Part shown: positions 54,271-64,000 of the stretch, piece by piece | Layout: every line of letters begins with the position of its first letter | Position numbering within the stretch: position 1 is the stretch's first letter | DNA from: Octopus sinensis | Lineage: Eukaryota | NCBI RefSeq assembly: GCF_006345805.1 | Contig: NC_042998.1 | Location: 117,118,001-117,182,000, forward strand | Direction: 5' to 3' | DNA: 64,000 nt | Position numbers and translations under genes: made by a program | Notes under the pieces: generated by a model | Seen by the model: only the letters and a program-made list of their open reading frames with translations | Told to the model about the DNA's origin: nothing | Database searches by the model: none

Positions 54271-57200
54271 CGAGATTACACCGGGGACGTGAGATTATAC
54301 CGGGACGTAGATTACACCGGGGACGTTACACATGTGAGAGCGATAAAACAGTGCTCCGAAATCTTTCCACAAACATCGAAAACAACGACATCGCATGGAG
54401 CGAAAAAATGACTGACAAAGGATTGGATTATGCCCGAGTAAATAATACTCATTGAAATTTATTACTATTTTCAAAACGAAATGATGTATTTTAACTCGAT
54501 ATCATTTCCACCTCTAACACAACATATGTAAACATGCGTGATACATTACGATCCATCAACACCAGATCATCTCCGGCCCCAAACACCATGTACAAAAAAT
54601 ACTACGAATAAATTAAATAATACCGGTATTATTCAACCCAAGAATAACAATCGGGAAGTACGTACTGTAAACTTACAACATAAAATGTACAAAAACTACA
54701 CGTGCAAAACAACGTGACAACAGAAATGAACGGACCGGTACCCTACGAAAATGACGACCGTGAAAATAATGGGCCGGGCGTTGTTCCTCATGAGCCGCAA
54801 CTAAAACTCAAAAGACATAAATGGACACGTGAGGAATACATTTCTATCCTACACGCTTAATTTACAGCAGTGCTCTACCCAAAGAATGAAAATACAACAC
54901 ATACATACAAAATATGGAAGAAAAATAACATAAATAAAGACCTGGATACAACAATGAACCCTAATAAACTAGCAAATATACGGAGATATATTCTCAACGC
55001 AAAAAATATCAGAAATAGAAATAGAACATTTAAAAGAAATAATACATCAGAAAAATGTAGATAGAAGCTACACAAAATTGCCAAATAATATAAACACTGA
55101 AACAGTAAAACATGAAGCATACACGACAAACAGTAAAACATAATACACGACAAACAGCAAGCCAAAACACGACAAACAAACATACGGATGAGATAGAAAC
55201 CGACACAAATCTAAAACCTGGAACCAACGAAGGGGAGCCTAATTATGAAACTATAAAAAGTAGAATAATCATAGAATTGAAAACCAAAAATCAAAATAGA
55301 CAAAACAACAACATCAATTATAAACAACATAAACCTAGCCGTCACGGAACTAATAGCCACTGAAACAAAAAGCGATATCACTGAGCTAAATGACTTAGTA
55401 TACGCAGCAGCCACTGGAGCCACAAAAGAAGCTGGATGCTCACTCAAACACATCCAAACAGGAGTACCACCACCCAAACAAGCACTGTGGATAGCTAACA
55501 TCCGAAACAAAATACAAAAAATGAGAAAAGATCTGTCGATTCTTAATGAAATCAGTAGACAATTAACGCTACTGCGCAACAAAAAGAAAACAAAAATACT
55601 CCGCAAATACAACATGTTAACAACATACTGGCAGAGCCAGAGACAATGCCCGAATGGCTCACGAAGGGGAAAACCATCTTAATTCTCAAATCAAATGAGA
55701 CAGCACAACCAGAAAGCTACAGGCCTATAACTTGTCTCCCAGCATTGTACAAGGCATTTACTGCAGTAATATCGCAAATATTGTACAAGCACCTGGACGA
55801 AAACAACCTGTTTCCAGAAGAGCAGAAAGGATGCCGCAAAGGCTCATAGGGTTGTAAAGATCAACTAATGATCACTGAAGCCATAACTGAAGACAGCCAC
55901 AGAAAGAAGAAATGCCTCAGTATGGCCTGGATCGATTACAAAAAGGCGTTTGATAGCATCCCCCACACATGGATTCTCGAATCACAAGCCATGAACAAAG
56001 TAGTACCAACAATTATAAAGTACATAGGACACTCTATGAATAAATGGCAAACAGTGCTACAGCTCCAAACAAAAGATGGACTTGTGAAAACCAAAGCCAT
56101 CCCCATTAGAAGAGGATTATTCCAGGGAGACACGCTCTCTCCACTCCTTTTCTGCTTGGCACTGTCACCTCTATCTTATATGCTAAACAGAACTGGATGC
56201 GGATACAAATGTTACGGCAAAACAATCAGCCACCTTTTATATATGAATGACCTAAAACTCTACGCTACAAATGACAAACAGCTGGAAACACTACTAAAGA
56301 CTGTTCATGGATTTACCAAAGACATAGTTATAAAATTTGCATTAGAGAAATGCGCCAAAGTAACCCTGAAAAAAGGAAAACTAGTTAATAGTAGCAACAT
56401 CACACTAGATAAAACGAATGAAACAAAATAATTAGACCAAAGCCAAACTTACAAATAAGTAGGAATACATGAACTAGATAAGACACAACACACACAAATG
56501 AAAGAGAAAATATAAAAAGAGTCAGATCAATACTAAAACAGAGCTCAATGCTAAAAACAAGATAATAGGTATTAAGACTTTAGCCGTCCCAGTTATAAGT
56601 TACGGCTATAATATCCTTAACTCGACGCTAAATGAACTAACCAAAATAGATAGGAAAACAAGAAAAATAATAACAGTATCTAGGATGCATCACCCAAAAT
56701 CTGACATAGAAAGGCTATATATACAACGTATAGAAGGTGGCAGAAGCCTTATAAAGCTGGAAAACTACTATAAAATAACTACCATATACTGCAAAAATAC
56801 CTACATCAGAAGCAATGAAAACTGATACAAATAGCGGCAAAACACGAGCAAAACAAAAAATTGTTCTCAGTATTTAAGGAAGCTGACAAATAGAAACAAG
56901 AAATCATACCACCTAACAGATATGAAGAAGAAGAAGAAGAAGAAGAAGAAGAAGAAGAAGAAGAAGAAGAAGAAAAAGAAGAAGAAGAAGAAGAAGAAGA
57001 AGAAGAAGAAGAAGAAGAAGAAGAAGAAGAAGAAGAAGATGAAGAAGAAGAAAAAGAAGAATAAGAATAAGAAGAAACAACAGAAGCTATAAAGCAAATG
57101 AAATCCAAACTAAAACTAGAACAGCAACGGACTATGATAAAACGATGGCAAGAAATGCCCCATCATGGCAAGTACTGTACTAAACTAAATGCAAAAGAAA

Positions 57201-57936
57201 TAGACAAAGAAAAATCCTAGCAGTGGACTCAAAGCAGAGACAGAGGGATTTTTAATTGCAGCACAAGACCAAAGCCTCACCACCAGAAATTACCAAAAAC
57301 ATGTAATGAAAAGATATATAACAAGTAACTGCAGAATATGTGGAGATGGACAAGAAACAATAAATCATATTATCTCTGGCTGCCCAGTCCTGGCTAAGAA
57401 GGAATATATTCACAGACACCACTGAGTTCGGAGCTACATACACCAGAAAAGGTCACAGAAAACGAGAAAGCAACCATACTCTGAGATATGCCAATACACA
57501 TAGATAGAGAAATTAAGGCCAACAGACCAGATATAGTTGTCAGAGATCATGAAGAAAAAATGATTACTAATTGATGTATCAGTACCAGTAGATGACAACT
57601 TATCTCTAAAAGAAATGGAGAAACTTTCAAAATACAAAGACCTGGAAATAGAGGTAACTAGAATGTGGAATCTAAAAAAAGAACCAATTCCTACCATAGT
57701 AGGTGCATTATGCATGATAGAATTTTTTCAGACATATACATAACAAAAACACCAGGACTTACAAACACATATAACATACAGATAATTGCACTACTAGGCA
57801 CTGCACACATCCTACGCAGAACACTTTCAATACAGGAACCATCAGAGCATCACAACAAATCACAGCACATACCCAAGGCACACAGAGCTGCGCTCGGTAG
57901 TGAAGTAAAAGCACGTTATAAAAATAAAACTACTGA
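54271..57936 (+). mobile_element. R4/Dong-type element copy B with 5' end retained and an internal deletion
   Basis: KRHKWTREEY Myb-like N-terminus (~54810); YRPITCL, EEQKGCRKGS, WIDYKKAFDSIPH, GLFQGDTLSP, LYMNDLKL; poly-Glu tract; CCHC and RLE remnants; 3' UTR near-identical to copy A; (AAT)n on both sides. Abrupt join near 55630. Confidence 0.92.
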
Positions 57937-57950
57937 ATAATAATGATAAT

Positions 57951-58135
<185 letters not shown>

Positions 58136-58179
58136 TGATGATAATAATAATATATAATAATAATAATAATAATAATAAA

Positions 58180-58455
58180 TGCACTGATGCAATACAAGGC
58201 AGTGACTTTCATCGCTTCTGATTTTAACTGGTTGGAATTGCTATCATGTACATTGTTTTGTCTTGGTATATGAAATGGGCTACAGTAAATATTCTGCTCA
58301 ATACAAAATATCTGCGTGTTAGTTGTTTGACCTTAACCAGTTGAGTATATCGCTTGGTGGCTGACGATATGTGCATCTCTGATCACAAGCTATGTAGTAG
58401 GGGCGCGTCATAGCCATGTTGTGAGAGGTATTCTTCGGGGCTTGAATAATTCACA
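58180..58455. mobile_element. Partial copy of the (AAT)-flanked 550-bp element
   Basis: Aligns with 10812-11045 and 18955-19145; follows (AAT)n at 57936-58180. Confidence 0.75.
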
Positions 58456-59500
58456 TCATTTGACATTGGGGAATCTGAAATCTCCCATAACAAATACGTT
58501 CATATGATGTTCCGGTTTCATGAGAATTCCTTTAGTTCTTGCGAAGCAACCTTCACATTTGTCTATGTGCTTTGAAGCATCCGGTGGGTGATATGTATTG
58601 CACGTGACTATATTGTGTTGTCTTATGTATACAAATAGAATGTCCCATACTGATTTGAGCATGGCAGTAAGACCTGAGGTTTGAGATTTTCGCGGATATA
58701 TACACCAACTCCTTTCCTTACTGTCTGTTCGAAGTATAGTATATTTTGGCACGTCTACTTCTGCATCCTCTATATCAGGGCTCAGATTAGTTTCCACGAG
58801 TGCTGTGCAAGGAGGTGATTGCTTGCAACACGGTCTCTCAGGAAAAAATATTTGCTTTGGGTGAACAAACCGGCATTTTGAACCGTTTGCCTCGCAGGTA
58901 AAATTTCCAGGTACTAGAGTTCACTCCAAATTTCCTCAAACCTCTAAGGTTTCGAACTCCATTGGAGCGTTCATATTCGTGTTTTCCGTTTTTTCATTTT
59001 GTCGTTTGGAGTTTCGGTTTTAGTTATTTCATCTTTTCGTTTTCCTTTTCTCCCATTCCTTCTTTATGTGCCATTGTACTTTCCTTCCTTTTCTGGTGGT
59101 AGCACTTGCATTACTCTGGTTGTCTAATGGGATGAGGAGTCCGTGACTTCTGGTTGTTGCTTCATTCTCTATCCTTATCAGTCTGGTTGTTCACAGGATT
59201 GGGGGAGCCATTCTTTTGTGGGACCAATGGATCAAATAGACTTCTGGTCTTTTACGTCGCTTTCTCTATCCTTATCAGCCTCCCACAGAAGTTTTCCATA
59301 GTGACATCAAGAGTGGTCTAATAAGGGCATAGGATCGGATGAATTTATTTTTCTTCCGCTCTATCTGCTCAATGGTTGTGCAGAAGCCATTGTTCTTCAG
59401 TGCAGCAGTGATGATGTCTGGCGGATCGCCGCTAGCAATCATCCATGCTCGCAACAGAATATTCAATTCTTTGCTCTCCAACATTGGTGCCATTTCCGTT
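58456..59500 (-). mobile_element. 5' half of a diverged relative of the 880-5390 LINE
   Basis: ORF1 start MAPMLESKELNILLRAW... (59275-59493); CCCH remnant KFYLRGK..GSKCRFVHPK (~58850-58910); EN start ETNLSPDIEDAE...YTILRTD...YHPPD...GDF (58456-58797). Confidence 0.85.
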
Positions 59501-62197
59501 TTCTAAGCCTATAGAAGGAGGAAAGGATAGGGAGGAAGAGAGAGAGATAGAGACGTTAGAGAAGAAGGAAGACAGAGGGAGGGAGATTGAAAGAGAGAGG
59601 GAAATGTGAAGAAAGAGAGAAGGTGATACGAAGGTTTTATTCGTTCTTTCCTTGATGCTGTAACATGAACGTGAATGTAGCTATAAATTGTAGTTCGTAA
59701 AATAAAAACTTCCTCCACTGAGTTACAGCCACTCAGAATAAGTTAGTGGCATGCTTTGTACAGCATAGAAATCTCTCAGTCATTTTGTGTCCCACAGCTC
59801 GTTGAAATTTGTTAACGTTCTTTCAAGATGAACACTATTATTTTGGTAGAACAGATGTTGATTCATAAATCGAAATATTATTGAATATTAGACTATATTT
59901 TCTAGTAAAAGCGCTAGATCGTTTGTTTAGAATACTCAAAAATATGATAAACTTCGAAGGAAACATATGTGTGGAAATTATGTTTATTGATTGTGTGTAG
60001 TAAAATTATCAACTGAAATTATGTTTTTGAAAAGTATGGATCATAAAATGACTTGTGCAGAGAAATAGGTTTCTGTATATACGAGCGAGGGAATAGATAG
60101 TGAATTTCACTTTTTTTGTGCATTGCAGTTATTACCAGGCAAGAATTGACCTTTTATGTAGTCATGCTCTCCTATGTTTTATCCATTCCATAATTAATTA
60201 CCTTTCATCATCATCTTCCATCCAACTATCAATCCCTCCTCCCACACGCTAGATTCATTCTGTGTCTGCTCGTAAGTTAACTCTATTTACTCTACAGTTT
60301 TCGAAACCCGTCAATCTTTCGTCAGGGAAAATTGTAACCAGGTGTGTTTTTGAAAGAAATATGAAGTCAATGGAGATACTCGATAAGATTTTCATGTTTA
60401 TTATTCGTATTCAAGTCTTTATACATCGAAACAATTAACGAAAATAACTTGCGATCGAGAAAGAATAACAAATTTCATGTTCCTAAAATTAAAGATTCTA
60501 GGCGCTCTAACTTTTTTCGATTATTCATAATATATTTCCAAAGTTGTATATTTTAATGTTCACACAAACATTAAAACCTAGCTGGAAGTTGAGAGAAAGG
60601 TCTTTGCGAAGCTTTAATCAACTTGATATAGAGCGTAGGTTTCAGTGTGAGTTGAAAGCTAAGTTGTATGCGTTGCTTTATCGTGTGTTCTACTTTACAA
60701 AGAAGCCATTAAATGTATTTGATGAACTGATAATAAATGGAAGAAGAGCTGAGAAGTATGTTTGGATCGATAATATACCCTTCTCTAAAGCAACAAGTTT
60801 AAGTGCCTTGTCTCATAAATGTGTCATAATACCTTGAGAATAATAGAAATTCATTGGTATTGTGGCAAATGTCAGACATTTCCAAATAAAATTCCTTTCA
60901 CTGCCTTTCAAGCCATTTTACTTGCTGTCCGCACGGATTCTAGTAACTAATTGATGGTGACCCCTATACAAAACAGATGACAACGTATGACGGGTAAAAC
61001 TAATGACCACACTTAGCTAGACTATCCCATGCCAGCAACATTTAAAGATAGGGATGTATTTTACATGCTGGCGTCATTGGAATAGGAACAGGTAAGTCAG
61101 GGGAGAAAATAAGCTTTTGAAAGTAGTTAATGCGTTCAATATAGCAATACATATATAAATGAAGGTAATTTTGTTCAGCTAAAGAACTTAGTACTTCCAC
61201 AGATTCTTGCCACAGAGACTCTGTGTCTTACATTTGAGTGTTTGTATTTTGCGTGATTTTGAGTAATATTCCCTCCGAATCACACAGCATGCGAAATTTA
61301 GTTAATTTAGTAATTACTGCTAAAATTATTAATAAAATTATTCAAAACACCAAGTTGTCATGAGCAACACCATCTAATCATTTAACAGTTGTGTACGTTG
61401 TATATTCAATGTTTTATTTAAAAGTTGAATATTGCATATAATGGCAAAAGAAAAATGTTACTGAAATATTCAGAAAGGAAAAGTGAATTGGAAATGAAAG
61501 TATCTATGTGATTCATTGTTTTATCTTTCTATTTAAACTTATGGCAAAAGATTTCTATGAACTTTGGTTGTTTAGAAACAGATATTGGATATTAGATGAA
61601 GAGCATCAAAGTAATGATAATTAAGATAATGAAATAAATTTATTACAAAATTATTAAATTTTTTAAAATGTTAATGGTATATGAAGAGTTGTAAATTGGT
61701 ACGAGTGTTTCAAAATGATTTAAGAAATATCAGTAGTTCCACAATTAAATGAGGCATCTAAATACCGGAAATCTTGTTTTTATTTACTTCTTAAACGGAA
61801 CTCATAATCCACAACTTTGTGGTAATTTGTTTTTCTAATATAGACATAATATCACCTATCATATATCATGCCATAAATTACGATATAATTTGTGTCATAC
61901 AAGAGCGGAAGGCAGTGACCTCGTCGACGTTAACAAAATGGCCAGCAAGTTTCCACTGCATGATTATTAATGTATTATCTATCACCTACTCAGTCTTAGC
62001 CAATAATGGTGTTCGGAGGCTTTCGATTGGTTAAGCCAAATGTATTATCTGCACATACTTTTTACATGTTTCATCGATTTTTAAACAGTAAAAATTTTCA
62101 TATATGATGCTGACGCGTTAATACTTATACATTTTTGTCTCCGTTTTTTTTCGTTTGCTCCCCCCTCCCGAATAATTTATATATATATATATATATA

Positions 62198-62501
62198 TCA
62201 CCGTGATCACCGTGAACGACCAGACCATCAGATGTTGCTACACATCGCTGGTCACAATGCGTTTGCATTGTTTTAGCCTTCGAACGACGCCACCCCGCTG
62301 GCTAAGCGAGCAGGCCAACAGCAGAAAGAGTGAGAGAGAGAGTGGTGAAAGAGAACAGCAGGGATCACCACCTCCTGCCGGAGCCTCGTGGAACTTTTAG
62401 GTGTTTTCGCTCAATAAACACATACAACGCCCGGTCTGGAAATCGAAACCGCGATCCTCCGACCGCGAGACCGCTGCCCTAACCTCTGGGCCATTGTGCA
62501 T

Positions 62502-62503
<2 letters not shown>
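62198..62503 (-). mobile_element. Well-preserved tRNA-derived SINE inserted in (TA)n
   Basis: A box TGGCCCAGAGGTTAGG, B box GGTTTCGATTTCC, 3' end with CACGGTGAT repeats; (TA)n on both sides. Confidence 0.8.
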
Positions 62504-62544
<41 letters not shown>

Positions 62545-63328
62545 AGTAGAATAGGACAAGGGAGAAGAGGCGAAAATAATCTTATCATGATATACATTTT
62601 GTATAGGTTTCAATCTTTTTGATTTTTTTCAAATAAGACCAAAAACAGGAAAAGATTAATGTTATGCTTTGCACATATTTCCCCAGTCTTCAAATAAGTA
62701 GAACAATTCTTCTGCCTCTCTACCTTTCCTTTTTAAAGCGTCGGTAGATAGTAGCAGATCCGTAAAAAATAGACTTTATGGGTGCAAAGAAATGTTGGTT
62801 CTGAAGTGTTTTCAGATCTTCTACAGTCTACTGAGCACTTACAAAGGAAAACCGAGTGAGAGACAGAAAAAAGGAATATGTCCTACGTACTTGAAGACTA
62901 TGGAAATATTTGGAAAACATTTCATTTTATTTTTTCTTAGATTTAATTGCTGTTCCTATTTAAAGATTGAAACTAATACAAAATGTATTTCGTGATAAAA
63001 TTATGTTAGCATCTACCTTTTCTTATTTTCCTTATACATATCAACAAGTGTGTTACTTTTCAACTTTCTACATAAATGTGTGTGTGTGTATCATAAGGCG
63101 ACGTGCTGGCAGTATCCGTAGCACAACGTTCAAAATATTTTGCAGTATTTCGCCATCTGATGTTAAATTGCGCCATTATCAACAATTCAAAACATTAAAT
63201 GCACAAATGACTAATTTAATTCAAATACAACACAAACGAATAGAAACTTCATACCTGTGTGTGCATGTATGAAAGCATGCATATACACTTGTAAGCAACA
63301 TTCTTTTATTGTTTTAATTTTTTAATTG

Positions 63329-63366
63329 CTTCAGGTATTTCACTGCGGCCATGCTGAAGCTCCACC
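63329..63366 (-). mobile_element. Isolated SINE/LINE 3'-tail fragment
   Basis: TTCAGGTATTTCACTGCGGCCATGCTGAAGCTCCACC matches the tail at 16153-16190. Confidence 0.5.
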
Positions 63367-64000
63367 TTAATTAGAAATGTGTATAAAATATCCTCAAATA
63401 ATGATAATGATGAATCGTCCCATACAGCAACACGGTTACGAAATCCGCCAAATCTAATATAAAGTACATATACCCTGCTTTCTCATTCAGTGGGAATGTT
63501 AAAATATTCAACGTTTCAAATATAATTTACGGAGGTGTACTTGCATAGGGAGTGATCTGATCTGAAATCGTGTACTGGAATTTTGTTTTATTGTATTATA
63601 TTCTACGGAATTTTGTCAGTGAAAGGGTCGCAGTCTCAGTGCGACGAAAATATTTTGACAACTTAAATTTAAATGCTGAAGTAAGTCTAACGGATTTTGT
63701 GTGCTTCTTAAATGGCTTATATATTTTATTTTCTGTTAATTTCTCTGTCAAAGAGCGCTTCTATAATAAACGTAAATTTTTAAAACCTAGGTAATAGCTA
63801 TGCACTAAGATGCAGCTGCCCAAAATTCATAAAGATAATTATATTCCGTAGATTTCCAAAAATTACGGACAAAGTGCAAGAATTGTTATATAGATATTAT
63901 CATAAAGGAATATAGTTTATTTCAACATAAAGTTAACCTCAGCATCGTTCTCAATAATACCATAGACTTGACCGAAGGGAAAATCAAAGATTCTATGATT

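Noticed and set aside
54330-54450. HDV-like ribozyme in the Dong 5' UTR (GCTCC/GGAGC stem followed by GAA)
   Set aside because: Only a P4-like stem is visible; the nested double pseudoknot could not be built by eye.
60270-60335. Minus-strand CTGACGA...GAAA motif
   Set aside because: Stems I-III are poorly paired; at best a decayed relic.
62430-62503. Functional tRNA gene
   Set aside because: The cloverleaf is incomplete and runs into a SINE body, so it is treated as a SINE head.

Overview
AT-rich, microsatellite-dense eukaryotic DNA with no host protein-coding gene that I can support. Repeat style and SINE types suggest a mollusc, probably an octopus (inference). The window is a mosaic of transposons: (i) a near-complete APE+RT LINE of the CR1/L2 group at ~880-5390 (-), with ORF2 broken by one stop and a frameshifted ORF1 carrying a Myb/SANT-like helix bundle plus a CCCH finger, and a diverged 5' half of a relative at 58456-59500; (ii) several R4/Dong-type RLE retrotransposons sitting in (AAT)n arrays; (iii) a decayed Ty3/Gypsy element, an RTE remnant and non-autonomous Helitrons; (iv) several tRNA-derived SINEs. 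The most notable items are two type-I hammerhead ribozyme families (one present twice, on opposite strands, inside a ~99%-identical 637-bp palindrome), a 5S-rRNA-headed SINE3-like element, a 3' stem-loop tail shared by the LINE and two SINE types, and three long fold-back structures next to microsatellites. Most ORFs in the supplied track are microsatellite artefacts. Boundaries of decayed elements are approximate, and all family names come from motif recognition by eye, not from database searches.
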